Shown here: positions 8,488 through 18,852 of the stretch, piece after piece
How positions within the stretch are numbered: position 1 is the first letter of the stretch
How the letters are laid out: each line of letters opens with the position of its first letter
IMG/VR virus record: IMGVR_UViG_3300042519_001303
Coordinates: 1 to 64,000 of that record
Direction: 5' to 3' (one strand)
Source of the DNA: a virus
Length of the DNA stretch: 64,000 nucleotides
Translations under genes and position numbers: made by a program
Notes under the pieces: generated by a model
Told to the model about the DNA's origin: nothing
What the model saw: only the letters and a program-made list of their open reading frames with translations
The model's database searches: none

Positions 8488-10171
8488 TTTTTGGTCACCA
8501 AGTTATAGAGCTTCCTCTAGTGACCTAACTGTTGCTATTTCCCCACTTGGTCTGGTAGAGCTTGCAGACGAAGAGTTTGAAGTTCATGGTCCACGACTTA
8601 ACCGTTATAGTGCTTGTTGGGCCTGGTACCTTGGTCACCACTGGTCATACCGACGTGAACAGGGTGAGCAAAATATTACCCTTAACTACACTCGTACTTT
8701 GGCAGATTACATTACTAACTTTTGTTTTGGTAAAGGCGTTCAGTGGAAAGTTCCTGAACAAAATGCTGCAATTATTCCCCAGCTGCTTCACCGTGTTTGG
8801 GAGCAAGATAACTCAAAGTACAATGTTCTTTGGGAAATGGGGCAGCTTGCTGGAGTAACTGGTGACTGCTTTGTAAAAGTAGCTTATGAAGACCCTTATG
8901 TTGATCCAATTGGGATAACCAACGAAGGGCGTATTCGTGTTATTGCTCTAAACCCAGCTCACTGTTTCCCTGAGTACCACCCTCATGACCGTGATCGTTT
9001 ATTGAGATTTAAGTTGAAATATCGTTTCTGGGGAACCAGCCCTGAAGGTACTCGTCAGGTTTACACGTTTACTGAAATCCTTACTGACGACTCAATTGAG
9101 CAATACATCAATGATGAACTTGTTGACCAATACCCTAATCCTATTGGGCATATTCCGATTGTGCATATCCCCAACATGACCATTTCTTCATCCCCTTGGG
9201 GACAAGCTGACATTTGGGATATTATTCCACTCAACCGTGAGCTGAACGAAAAAATGACTGAAGTATCGGACATTATTAACTATCATGCCGCACCAGTAAC
9301 AATTATTACTGGTGCTAAGGCAAGCCAGTTGGAACGTGGTCCTAAGAAAGTTTGGGCAGGTCTTCCTAAGGAAGCTAGTGTTTTTAACCTTGAATCAAGC
9401 GGAAACATGGCTGGGGCTTTGGAGTATATTACGTTCCTTAAAAGAGCTATGCATGAACTTACAGGTGTACCTGAAACAGCTCTTGGACAGTTCCAACCAG
9501 TATCTAATACTTCTGGTGTAGCTCTTGCTATTCAGTATCAGCCTTTAATGAATCGTTTTAACATGAAGCGTATTCACTTTACTAAAGGACTTGAAAAGAT
9601 TAATGAACTGATTATTAGAACAGCAGCTATTTTTACGCCTGAAGCTCTGATCTATAACCCTTCTACTACAGAGCAGCCTGAGATGGATCAATTAACACAG
9701 CTTGATCCAGCTGATCCTTTGACTTACCGCACAACAGTTCACTGGCCTGAACCACTACCAGTTGATGTGCTTATTAAGCTTAATGAAGCCCAAGCTAAAA
9801 TGGCTATGGGTCTTGAATCTAAAGAAGGCGCTATGCGCATGCTTGGCGAGGAGTTCCCACGGGAAAAACTTGCTGAGATATTTGAAGAACTCCGTGATGA
9901 CGCTGTTGACCAGGGTGCGCTTGATATGTTGCGCGCTCAGATCAACCAAGCAGTCATGATGGCAACAGGCTTGTTACCCGGACCAGATGGCACCAGCACG
10001 GTACCCTCTGGAAATGGTAATGTAACAAGTGCAGGTTCACCACAAGGACAAGGGGGCCCCTTACCGGGCACTCAAGCCATGGGTGGTCCTGTAGAAGGAA
10101 TGGTAAACAATATTGTTGCAAAGGCATACGGAGCTAGGTTAGCCCAGCGTCGTGTTCCTGATGAAGAATAA
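8477..10171 (+). CDS. portal protein
   Basis: 564 aa between terL and scaffold; motifs VTGDCFVK, NPIGHIPIVHIPN and SGVALAI typical of SPP1-like portals. Confidence 0.88.
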   Translation: MPIDFWSPSYRASSSDLTVAISPLGLVELADEEFEVHGPRLNRYSACWAWYLGHHWSYRREQGEQNITLNYTRTLADYITNFCFGKGVQWKVPEQNAAIIPQLLHRVWEQDNSKYNVLWEMGQLAGVTGDCFVKVAYEDPYVDPIGITNEGRIRVIALNPAHCFPEYHPHDRDRLLRFKLKYRFWGTSPEGTRQVYTFTEILTDDSIEQYINDELVDQYPNPIGHIPIVHIPNMTISSSPWGQADIWDIIPLNRELNEKMTEVSDIINYHAAPVTIITGAKASQLERGPKKVWAGLPKEASVFNLESSGNMAGALEYITFLKRAMHELTGVPETALGQFQPVSNTSGVALAIQYQPLMNRFNMKRIHFTKGLEKINELIIRTAAIFTPEALIYNPSTTEQPEMDQLTQLDPADPLTYRTTVHWPEPLPVDVLIKLNEAQAKMAMGLESKEGAMRMLGEEFPREKLAEIFEELRDDAVDQGALDMLRAQINQAVMMATGLLPGPDGTSTVPSGNGNVTSAGSPQGQGGPLPGTQAMGGPVEGMVNNIVAKAYGARLAQRRVPDEE

Positions 10172-10222
10172 AATTGTCGTTTTAAATCAGCTATTAACAG
10201 CCCAACTAGAAGAGGTTAACTT

Positions 10223-10993
10223 ATGTCAAAGTTTGAAGATGGTATTCAGGTACCCGCAGATCCGGTAGACACACCGGCACCAAAGGTACAGGAAGAAAAG
10301 TACTTCTCTGAGGAGGACATTCAAAAAGTCCGCCAGCAGGAGAAGGACAAGATGTATAAGCGTCTTGAAGATGCTGATCATCGTGTCAAGTCCATGGAAG
10401 AACAGCTATCAGTACTTAGTTCTGATCGTGAAAAAGCCATTAAGGAAGCGGCAGATCGCGCCAAGAAAGAAGCAGAAGTGCTTCGTCAGCGTGAAATGGA
10501 AGAGCTTTCTGCAAAGGATCTTCTCTCAAAACGAGAAGATGAATTCAATCAGCGTATTAACCAGGTTGAGCAAGAGTGGGGCCAGAAGTTTTCCGAACTG
10601 GAAAAGCAACGCCAAGCTACCGATGCAATGCTTGAAAAAGAACGTTACCTTCAGCAGCTAGAGTCGTATCGTCAACGACGTATCCAGTCTGAGACTGACA
10701 CGATTATTCCTGAGCTACGAGATCTTGTAGCGGGTAATAGTGAAGAAGAGATTGAACATAGCATTACAGTACTTCGTGATCGAAGTACTGCTATAATTGA
10801 ATCAATCCAGCAAGCGAGCCCCCCTCGTTTGAAAGGGACGACAACTACGGCGCCCCCCTCTGGACCACTGGACAACCAAACGGACTACCAAACGGTCAGC
10901 GCGGAGGATATCCGCAATATGCCGATGGATCAATACGTAAAAATGCGTGAAAGACTTATGTCAGCAACACGGGCTCCTAGAGGCCGTTACTAG
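10223..10993 (+). CDS. capsid scaffolding protein
   Basis: Coiled-coil, E/K/R-rich protein directly before the capsid gene; C-terminal IRNMPMDQYVKMRERL. Confidence 0.75.
   Translation: MSKFEDGIQVPADPVDTPAPKVQEEKYFSEEDIQKVRQQEKDKMYKRLEDADHRVKSMEEQLSVLSSDREKAIKEAADRAKKEAEVLRQREMEELSAKDLLSKREDEFNQRINQVEQEWGQKFSELEKQRQATDAMLEKERYLQQLESYRQRRIQSETDTIIPELRDLVAGNSEEEIEHSITVLRDRSTAIIESIQQASPPRLKGTTTTAPPSGPLDNQTDYQTVSAEDIRNMPMDQYVKMRERLMSATRAPRGRY
10789..10797 (+). promoter_or_regulatory. extended -10 promoter (TGCTATAAT) inside the scaffold gene, probably driving the capsid gene
   Basis: Exact TGnTATAAT about 240 nt upstream of the capsid ATG. Confidence 0.45.
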
Positions 10994-11032
10994 TAATTAA
11001 ACCCAACAACCTATCCATCGGAGGATATTAAA

Positions 11033-12157
11033 ATGGCATTACCCGCACCCGCAGGTGGAGCAATTACCGGAACAGGTACTTATACTGGTGGCTCAGGCAA
11101 CCAGGTCACAGGATACACTGACGGTAGTTCGGCTCTATCTCCCGCAATCCAGCAAATTTGGTCAAAGGAAATACTTTTCCAGGCTATGCCGGTTCTACGC
11201 TTTGAACAGTTCGCTGTGAAGAAGACGGAACTCGGTGTTATGCCAGGTTTGACCATCAACTTCATGCGCTACAACAACCTTACGGTTGATGAATCAGCTG
11301 GAGCTAACTTGACTGAAGGTTCACGTATGGAACCGTCAGCTTTGTCAGCTAGCCAGATTCAGATCACCGTGTCAGAACAGGGTAAGGCTGTTGCCGTTAC
11401 CGAATTGTTGCTCAATGCATCATTCGATGACGTCATGGCTTCGTCCTCACGTCTGCTTGGTCGTCACATGGCACAGAGCATGGACATTCAGGCTCGTAAC
11501 ACCCTCTACAAGAACGGTATCCCGTTCGGTGGTGGATCAGCTGTTCCTCCGAGCGTTGTGTTCGGTCGTACCGCAGCTTCTACTCGTGGCGCAATCAGCC
11601 CGTACGATGCAGGTACCCTTGGTACCGCTTCGTCGCCTGGTTACTTGAGCCCCGCATCCATCAAGGACGCAGTTGAAGTCCTCGCTGGTCAGAACATCCC
11701 GCGTTTGGGCGACACCTACGTGTGCTTCGTTCACCCGTCGCAGAGCCGTTCGCTCCGTGACTGGCCGGAATTCATCGAAGTCACCAAGTACGCTGCTCCG
11801 GGCAACTTCATGCTCGGTGAAATTGGCCGCTTGTATGACGTCGTGTTCATTGAAACCACCCAGGTTAAGAAGGGCTTGGATGCTACTGCAGCCACTGCTC
11901 CTCTGTACGGTATGGGTTCAACCCTTGACACCAGTGCTACTGCTGGCTTCCAGGAAAATGCCGATTCTTACAACGCCATCATGATTGGTGACAACTCCTT
12001 TGGTCACGCCATCAGCCTTCCGGTTGAATTGCGTGACGGTGGTGTCATTGACTTTGGTCGTGAGCATGGTCTTGCCTGGTACGCCATCTGGGGCTTTGGT
12101 GTAATCACACACGAGTCGCGTGTTATTCTCAACACGCTTGGTGGCGCCATTTCCTGA
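11033..12157 (+). CDS. major capsid protein (N4-gp56-like family)
   Basis: Follows scaffold; motifs FEQFAVKKTELG..PG.TI.F, YVCFVHP, GEIGRLYDVVFIET and DFGREHGLAWY; GGAGG RBS; strong codon bias. Confidence 0.9.
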   Translation: MALPAPAGGAITGTGTYTGGSGNQVTGYTDGSSALSPAIQQIWSKEILFQAMPVLRFEQFAVKKTELGVMPGLTINFMRYNNLTVDESAGANLTEGSRMEPSALSASQIQITVSEQGKAVAVTELLLNASFDDVMASSSRLLGRHMAQSMDIQARNTLYKNGIPFGGGSAVPPSVVFGRTAASTRGAISPYDAGTLGTASSPGYLSPASIKDAVEVLAGQNIPRLGDTYVCFVHPSQSRSLRDWPEFIEVTKYAAPGNFMLGEIGRLYDVVFIETTQVKKGLDATAATAPLYGMGSTLDTSATAGFQENADSYNAIMIGDNSFGHAISLPVELRDGGVIDFGREHGLAWYAIWGFGVITHESRVILNTLGGAIS

Positions 12158-12209
12158 ACCTAAAAAAGGTAAGGAATCGTAACCCATTTAAGGGTACGAA
12201 TGGTGTAAT

Positions 12210-12237
12210 ATGGGTGGGGGCAGAAACCCCCACCCAT
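12210..12237 (+). terminator. stem-loop after the capsid gene
   Basis: ATGGGTGGGGG-CAGAAA-CCCCCACCCAT, perfect inverted repeat. Confidence 0.65.
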
Positions 12238-12272
12238 TACCATTTATAAGCACATAACAACAAGGAGATATC

Positions 12273-12521
12273 ATGGCTCGCAAGATTACGACCACCACAA
12301 ATTGGGCAGAAGCAGTAGAAGGCGATGAAGTAGTCATTGACGAACCCGTCATTGTTTCTTCGTCTGATCCCAACTTTGTAAAAGCAAGAGTTAAGGGAAC
12401 ATGGATTATGTTCTGGGGTCAAGACAAGTTTGATTTTGTTGACGGAAAGAGTTACAAGTTGCCAAAAGACTTGTTCAACTACCTCCGTAATAACGGTAAC
12501 ATTTACGACACTATGGCTTGA
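12273..12521 (+). CDS. small hypothetical (probable head-associated) protein
   Basis: AAGGAG RBS; directly after the capsid gene. Confidence 0.7.
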   Translation: MARKITTTTNWAEAVEGDEVVIDEPVIVSSSDPNFVKARVKGTWIMFWGQDKFDFVDGKSYKLPKDLFNYLRNNGNIYDTMA

Positions 12522-12528
12522 GGTATAC

Positions 12529-14019
12529 ATGCCCTTCATAATCCCTAACGCTACCGATATCGATGGCAGTAAGTTTATTGCCCTTGATCAGTCTGAACCA
12601 GATTCTCTTGATTTTCAAATATTAGGAGACCGTTCAACGGGTGTTCTCACAGGTTGTGCTGTATCAACAGTGAATGGTACAACTATTAAGGTTGATCAAG
12701 GTGCGGTTGCTATACAAGGGGTTGTCCATAATGTTCCAGTTTTTAACCAAATAGATTTACCTACTGCACCACTAACTACCACCTACAGGTTTGATGTAGT
12801 TGTTGCACGTTTAAATACCACAACAAACATAATTTCTATAGTGGTAATTTCAGGAAATGAAAGCACAACTAATCCAACTTTTCCTAAAACACCAAGCAGA
12901 CTAAACAGCCTTGTTGGTGTAGATTACATAAACATTGGTAATATTACTGAAAATAACCCAACTACTGATGTTGTACTAGCTACAGTTTTTCGTAATGCTG
13001 CTGCTGCAATTTCTAATGCATGCATAGTAGACAAACGGGTTAACGTTCCATCAACTACTAGTTTACGCGGGTCCACAAACCCTGATAATACTATTGGTAA
13101 TAATGGAGATCTGTATTACAGAACAACTGAGGTTGCTTCATCTTCTGGTGTTTTCATTAAAACAAATGGAACTTGGGTTGAGTTACTACTTCAAAATAAC
13201 TCTGGTTCAGTTACACCAGTTGGCTCCATCATTATGTGGCCAAGTAACGTAACAACCCCTAACCCAACTGGTAAAACATTTTGGTTAGAGTGCAATGGTG
13301 ACTATGTTTCTAATACAAACTACACTGAGCTAAAGAATTTACTAGGGGAAACATACGGACCGTACGTTGGCACAACCTTTAAATTACCTAACTTATCAAG
13401 TGGGTTTATTCAAGGATCAGGAACTGCAGGATCTACTGGTGGTAATAGTTCAGTATCTATTGCAGAAAGTAATTTACCTGCACACAAACATGGTTTAAAT
13501 GCCCACCAACATCCTGTTGGAAGTCATGCTCATACAATGAATCATGATCACGCAGACCAGGAAACTAAACTAGGTGGAGTACACACCCACATTCCAGAAG
13601 TACAAGACGGTTATAACCAGCCAGGTACTACTGGTGGTTTTGTTACTAGATTAACTGATTATATAAATGGCACTTATACAGTTGCCAATGGTACAGTCTA
13701 TGGGGATACTGGATATATAGTCCCATACTCTTATACCAATGATGGATTAGCAGATGGCATTGATGCAGCTGTAGGTATTGTTCCTACTGCACGTGGAATG
13801 CAAGTCCATTACACTACAGGATTAAAAAACTCAATATCTCATAAACATGATATTGATTTTGATACCTATACTGGTGATACTGGAAGCCTAACAACAGCCA
13901 CAGCTAGTGCTAATACAGGTGTTAGCACTGGAGATACTGCAAATAGTACTGGAACTGGTGACGCTTTATCGGTTATTCCTCCTTATGTAACCATGCGTTG
14001 GTTTATACGCGCGTTATGA
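12529..14019 (+). CDS. fibre protein with tail-collar domain and His-x-His tip
   Basis: Collar motif PVGSIIMWP...WLECNG...Y.EL..LLG..YG....F.LPNL; HKH/HQH/HAH/HDH/HTH motifs; ends PPYVTMRWFIRA; GAGG RBS before ATG 12529. Confidence 0.8.
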   Translation: MPFIIPNATDIDGSKFIALDQSEPDSLDFQILGDRSTGVLTGCAVSTVNGTTIKVDQGAVAIQGVVHNVPVFNQIDLPTAPLTTTYRFDVVVARLNTTTNIISIVVISGNESTTNPTFPKTPSRLNSLVGVDYINIGNITENNPTTDVVLATVFRNAAAAISNACIVDKRVNVPSTTSLRGSTNPDNTIGNNGDLYYRTTEVASSSGVFIKTNGTWVELLLQNNSGSVTPVGSIIMWPSNVTTPNPTGKTFWLECNGDYVSNTNYTELKNLLGETYGPYVGTTFKLPNLSSGFIQGSGTAGSTGGNSSVSIAESNLPAHKHGLNAHQHPVGSHAHTMNHDHADQETKLGGVHTHIPEVQDGYNQPGTTGGFVTRLTDYINGTYTVANGTVYGDTGYIVPYSYTNDGLADGIDAAVGIVPTARGMQVHYTTGLKNSISHKHDIDFDTYTGDTGSLTTATASANTGVSTGDTANSTGTGDALSVIPPYVTMRWFIRAL

Positions 14020-14171
14020 TAGAAAAACTTCCAAAACCAACTGGTACTCCTGATCAAATACGAATTAGGCGTATAACAAGTGTTGGCGCAATGCGCCCTG
14101 AACAACCAGCTGTAAACCAACCAATACAGAAGACTGTGCCAGGTCAAGACTCCGCTGACACCCCTACTTGA
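14016..14171 (+). CDS. small hypothetical protein (51 aa, not in the ORF track)
   Basis: ATGA overlap with the previous stop; MIEKLPKPTGTPDQIRIRR... Confidence 0.45.
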   Translation: MIEKLPKPTGTPDQIRIRRITSVGAMRPEQPAVNQPIQKTVPGQDSADTPT

Positions 14172-14185
14172 GATAGACTGGTTAT

Positions 14186-14986
14186 ATGGCAACACAGGCA
14201 GACATTGAGACTATCGCAAGGACCTACCTCAGGGATTTTCCTAAGTTCTTTCAAACATCCTTTGATGTTGTTGGACGCACCTACGAGTTAGACCATATTA
14301 ATATTGACTCTGAATCTTTATGGGTAGCTGTTTATTTGTCTGGTGCTGGTTCTGCTTCAGTCTTATCACCAACGCAATATAGTGTTGATGAACGTAATGG
14401 AATTTTAAGGCTTGCAGGAACGTATTCAAGTAGCACTAAAGTTATGGTTGAGGGTTATTATTATGAGTGGGTTACCCCTACTGACCTGGCTTTTTACTCT
14501 AAAAGAGCATTAGATAAACACTTGCATACACTTCATCTGCCTGTTGAACAACTTTCAGATGTAGTTATTGACGCAATTGGTATTTCAGCTATTTGTGAAG
14601 CTCTATGGGCTCTAATGACTGAGTACAGCCGAGACATTGATGTAATTACATCTGAGTCTGTGCATATCCCAGCAAGCCAACGTTTTCGTATGGTTCAATC
14701 ATTACTATCCCAATGGGAAGCTGAATATAGACGTCATGCTACAGCACTTAACATTGGTTTTGACAGGCTTGAAGTAATGAACCTTCGTCGCACTTCAAGA
14801 ACTACCAACAGACTTGTGCCCCTTTACAAAGCTAAAGAACTTGGGGATTTCTCACCATTGGAACGTCAATGGCCCGAAATTGATGAAGGTATTGTTAGCC
14901 CAGAAACTAAGGGAGATAAGCTACGTGAAGACGTGTATATAGATACTAACCCACCATCGGGTGCTACTACGAATTCGTTTTACTGA
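14186..14986 (+). CDS. head-to-tail adaptor (neck) protein
   Basis: Position; DV.T.E.V.IP.SQRF motif; probably leaderless (TAGACT-6 nt-ATG). Confidence 0.6.
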   Translation: MATQADIETIARTYLRDFPKFFQTSFDVVGRTYELDHINIDSESLWVAVYLSGAGSASVLSPTQYSVDERNGILRLAGTYSSSTKVMVEGYYYEWVTPTDLAFYSKRALDKHLHTLHLPVEQLSDVVIDAIGISAICEALWALMTEYSRDIDVITSESVHIPASQRFRMVQSLLSQWEAEYRRHATALNIGFDRLEVMNLRRTSRTTNRLVPLYKAKELGDFSPLERQWPEIDEGIVSPETKGDKLREDVYIDTNPPSGATTNSFY

Positions 14987-15528
14987 TGAACCTTCATACA
15001 GAGCTTTCCCTAATTAATAAACATTTTAATAAAAGGCATAAAGAGGCCGGCCAAGAGTACCTAGTTTGGTATGAATTCTTACCATTAGGGACTAGCGCCA
15101 ATACTACAAGTATCTATGATGATGTTTATGATGAATCACCAAGTGGTACAGGTGGTCGTAAGTATAAACCCGGGGTAGTTCTACCAGCACTTCTAGCTTC
15201 TGAAACTGAAGACCAGAGAAGGTCCATTCCTGAAGGTAGATTAACTTTAGAAACAATGAACTTGTTTATACCTATTAATGCTATGCGTAACGCAGGTATT
15301 GAAACAGTTTGGGAGTATAGAAACCACCTTAATGACATATTTTTGTATGATGGTAGATTCTTTTCAGTGTTTGACTATGCTGTTCGGGGGCGAGTAAAAG
15401 GTGAAGTTTTTGTCCTTATTCAAGGACAGGAACTTTATGTTGACCAGGAGTTTGTTAACGACAGTAACTTTCCTGAACTGTCTTCCAATAACCTTCCATG
15501 GCCTGCAGCCTTACCTGAGATAGGCTAA
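14986..15528 (+). CDS. head closure/stopper protein
   Basis: Position between adaptor and tail genes; YDDVYDE...HLND.FLYDGRFF. Confidence 0.55.
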   Translation: MNLHTELSLINKHFNKRHKEAGQEYLVWYEFLPLGTSANTTSIYDDVYDESPSGTGGRKYKPGVVLPALLASETEDQRRSIPEGRLTLETMNLFIPINAMRNAGIETVWEYRNHLNDIFLYDGRFFSVFDYAVRGRVKGEVFVLIQGQELYVDQEFVNDSNFPELSSNNLPWPAALPEIG

Positions 15529-15588
15529 AATTATAGTAGCTACAACGTGCGTTGTAGCAGTCAACGCCTAGAATTGTTAGAGGTCCTT

Positions 15589-15969
15589 ATGCCTGGACAA
15601 ACTGCATACCCCACATCTCTTACACATTCTTCAACTAAAGGCGTTGTTCCCCACGCAATGGCTAATGTCATGAAAACCCTAAAAGAAGTTGAAGCTTCTA
15701 TAAACAAGGCTGTTAAAAAGTATCAGACTAAACTCAGAAAAGATGCAGCTAGCTCATGGGGTGCAGAAATAGCAAAGACTATTAAGGTTACTTTTGACTC
15801 TAAGTCAATGACTCTAACAATTAAATCTGATCACCCAGAAGCTGAACTTCTAGAATCTGGGGATTCTGAAAACCCACCTAAGCCCGTATTGCGGTCAGCT
15901 GCAGTAAAAGCACAAGCTGAGTTAGTTCCCTTAATTAAAGAACAGTTCCAAAAGATAGGTATTAGATAA
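15589..15969 (+). CDS. neck/tail completion protein (HK97 gp10-like)
   Basis: LESG....PPKPVLR motif; GAGG RBS before ATG 15589. Confidence 0.5.
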   Translation: MPGQTAYPTSLTHSSTKGVVPHAMANVMKTLKEVEASINKAVKKYQTKLRKDAASSWGAEIAKTIKVTFDSKSMTLTIKSDHPEAELLESGDSENPPKPVLRSAAVKAQAELVPLIKEQFQKIGIR

Positions 15970-16667
15970 TGCCTAACAAGGGATTTTTGCTTGCAGAAGA
16001 TGCTGCTGTTAAAAACAGATTTAGTAATTTAACTGTATCTGATGATAGAAACCAAGAGCGCGCGGTTCAAGTTTTCTTTAGGTACCCTGAAGGGGAAACT
16101 GAAAAAGCATACCCTTTTATTACTATAGAAATGGTAAACCTAAGCCACGATACCCGCAGACAGCTGTCTGAGACTAACTATTACTATAGTAATACTGTAT
16201 CTGCTTCAAATGGTAGTTCGTACATAGATTACTACCCATCTGAAATGACCTCCTCTGAGTTAGCCAGTTTAAATATTGCTAATCATGCTCTTAAAGTACA
16301 TTCGTTTATTCCAGTAAACTTAATGTACCAAGTAACCACCTATACCAGAACAGCCCTACATGACAGGCAGTTATCTAGTAAAATATTAAGAAGAGTTGTA
16401 CCGTTCAGAACGGGTTTTATTGAAATCCCAGAAGATGGTACAATTCGTCGGTTTGATCTTCAATCTTGGTCTACATCAGACCTTTTAGATAGAGAAGCAG
16501 GATACCGAAAACGTATCTTTAGAAAAGTGTTTACAATACAAATGAATGCTGAAATAGCTGACACAGACTTTAGTTCTGTACCACTAGCTCTCAGCCTTGT
16601 TGGAGAATTTAATACAAAAACTAATAGTAATTTCCCTACAGCAACCAATCTTTCAGAGGAGTTTTAA
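15969..16667 (+). CDS. tail terminator
   Basis: YPFITI..., L.YQVTTY.R...HDR; immediately before the sheath gene. Confidence 0.6.
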   Translation: MPNKGFLLAEDAAVKNRFSNLTVSDDRNQERAVQVFFRYPEGETEKAYPFITIEMVNLSHDTRRQLSETNYYYSNTVSASNGSSYIDYYPSEMTSSELASLNIANHALKVHSFIPVNLMYQVTTYTRTALHDRQLSSKILRRVVPFRTGFIEIPEDGTIRRFDLQSWSTSDLLDREAGYRKRIFRKVFTIQMNAEIADTDFSSVPLALSLVGEFNTKTNSNFPTATNLSEEF

Positions 16668-18197
16668 ATGCCCACTTATCAAAACCCTGGTGTGTATGTG
16701 TCAGAGGCGGCTTTTGTATCAAAGCCCAAAAGTTCAAATACATCGAGATCTACTGCAGCTTTCTTTGGAGAAGCTTCACGTGGACCGTCAACTGCAACCT
16801 TGGTAACTTCTTGGTCTGATTACCGTACTCTTTATGGTGAACTTTCACAAACATCAGACCTTGGTTTTGCCCTTTACCATTACTTTTCAAATGGTGGTAA
16901 GGATGCCTATGTTGTGCGTGTTACCTCAACCAGCGCAGCTGCCGCCTCTATTACCGTTCCGTATTACCCAAATGGTAATGGTTCAGCTTCTGCTGTATTG
17001 TTTACTGCTGATGCAATAAGCAAGGGTGTTTGGGGTAATGATTTGACTGTGGAATTTACAGCAGGATCTACTGCAGCTACTGCTTCAGTAATCCCAACTT
17101 TTAACTTACTTATTAAGTTGTCTGGAGTTGAAGTAGAACGTTGGAGTGATCTTTCTCCAGAAATTTCATCTAACCGTTATTTTGTTACTATTTTAAATAC
17201 TTATTCAAGTTATATAGATAACGTAGTTGTTGGTGGAGCTGTGGCTTCTGAAACAGCAGATGCTTCATGGGCCTATAAGAGCTCAGCTACAGTATTTACA
17301 CTAGGTGTTGCTGGTTCGTCAACACAAGATTCTGATTACACAGCAGCATTATCACAACTTGATAACGTTGAAGGTGTTTTGCTTTTGAATGCTGTTAATA
17401 AGACTAGTACAAGCGTTGTTAACGCTTTTATTGATAAAGCACAGACACGTGGTAATTCCTTTGTAATTATTGATCCTGATATGGTTGAGTCTAACGTAAC
17501 AACAATTGGCGGAACTACTGTGGCTAGCTACACTGCCTCAAACTACGCTGCTGTTTATTATCCAGCATTGTTGATGGTTGATCCTTCAAAAACTGGTCCA
17601 GGAGCTATTCGCACGACTGCCCCCGGTGGAGCAATTGCCGGAGCGTATGTTCGTACAGAAATTGAACGTAATGTCTCCAAAACTCCTGCTGGTGTCAATG
17701 TTAATGTCAGAAATGCAATTGGACTAGCTTCAACATTTACTGAAGCACAAACAGGCACTCTGTATGGAACTTACAACGTTAATACTTTAAAGGCAATACC
17801 TGGTGGTGGAATCATTATTAATGGTGGACGCACGCTAGATAAAGCTCCTCCCGGAAAGTACATCTCTGCTCGCAGAACATTGAACTACTTGAAGCAAACC
17901 TTAAAGGATTCAACTAACTATGCAGTATTTGAACCAAATGATGAAAGATTGTGGACTCAACTTACAATGGGTATTTCTGGGCTTCTTGCAGAATTTTGGA
18001 CTAAGGGTGGACTTAAGGGAGCAACCACTAGCGAGGCTTTTTATGTAGTATGTAACTCAACAAACAATACGGCAGTAACTGTAGATAATGGTGAAGTTCA
18101 TATAGAGGTTGGAGTTGCTTTGCAATACCCAGCCGAATTTATCGTAATTAACCTGTCCCAATGGACCGGTGGTTCTAACTCAATCGAAACAAATTAA
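16668..18197 (+). CDS. contractile tail sheath protein
   Basis: PGVYVSE N-terminus; GGAIAG, GGRTL, VFEPNDERLW and GVALQYPAEFIVI C-terminal sheath motifs. Confidence 0.95.
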   Translation: MPTYQNPGVYVSEAAFVSKPKSSNTSRSTAAFFGEASRGPSTATLVTSWSDYRTLYGELSQTSDLGFALYHYFSNGGKDAYVVRVTSTSAAAASITVPYYPNGNGSASAVLFTADAISKGVWGNDLTVEFTAGSTAATASVIPTFNLLIKLSGVEVERWSDLSPEISSNRYFVTILNTYSSYIDNVVVGGAVASETADASWAYKSSATVFTLGVAGSSTQDSDYTAALSQLDNVEGVLLLNAVNKTSTSVVNAFIDKAQTRGNSFVIIDPDMVESNVTTIGGTTVASYTASNYAAVYYPALLMVDPSKTGPGAIRTTAPGGAIAGAYVRTEIERNVSKTPAGVNVNVRNAIGLASTFTEAQTGTLYGTYNVNTLKAIPGGGIIINGGRTLDKAPPGKYISARRTLNYLKQTLKDSTNYAVFEPNDERLWTQLTMGISGLLAEFWTKGGLKGATTSEAFYVVCNSTNNTAVTVDNGEVHIEVGVALQYPAEFIVINLSQWTGGSNSIETN

Positions 18198-18212
18198 TAA
18201 GGAGAATGCATA

Positions 18213-18818
18213 ATGGCACGTTCAGCTGCTTCAGATCCAGTACGTAACTTTAAATTTCAAGTACAGATTGTTCCACCCGCAAATACCCGACTAGCTACTG
18301 CCATAAATGGCATTGGTAACCTAGGCTTTGCTGCTATGACTGGTGTTTCAGTTCAGCATCAAATGGTTGGTTATCGTGAGGGTGGAATGAATACTCATAC
18401 CCATAAACTAGTAGGTCAGTCAGACTTTGGTCCTGTGACCTTTAGTCGTGGAGTAATTTCTAGTCAAGATCATCTTTGGAAATGGTCTGAGTTTATACAC
18501 TCTTGGAGCTCAGCTTCACTGGGTTCAGATTCCAAAGCGACTAATGGCAATGATTACCGATGTGATGTTATAGTTACTGTTTTTGATCATCCTCACTCAA
18601 TTGGTTCATACCAAGAACCTGGTTCTTCCAATGCTCTTAACATTGGTGCTCCACGACTTGGTATTAAACTTTATGATTGCTGGCCGGGAGCTTACACACT
18701 TAGTGATCTTTCTGCTGGTGACTCTGGTATCATTGTTCAACAAATGACCCTTCACCATGAAGGATTTAAGCTTGGTTGGACTGCATCTGAAATTACAGCT
18801 CTAACCTCACTAACGTAA
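18213..18818 (+). CDS. tail tube protein (T4 gp19-like)
   Basis: DPVRNFKF, YREGG.N...HKL.GQ.DF.PVTF.RG, WP..Y...DL.A, L.HEG. Confidence 0.92.
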   Translation: MARSAASDPVRNFKFQVQIVPPANTRLATAINGIGNLGFAAMTGVSVQHQMVGYREGGMNTHTHKLVGQSDFGPVTFSRGVISSQDHLWKWSEFIHSWSSASLGSDSKATNGNDYRCDVIVTVFDHPHSIGSYQEPGSSNALNIGAPRLGIKLYDCWPGAYTLSDLSAGDSGIIVQQMTLHHEGFKLGWTASEITALTSLT

Positions 18819-18852
18819 AACTAAAAGTTAAAAACACTATAAGGAGTATAAA

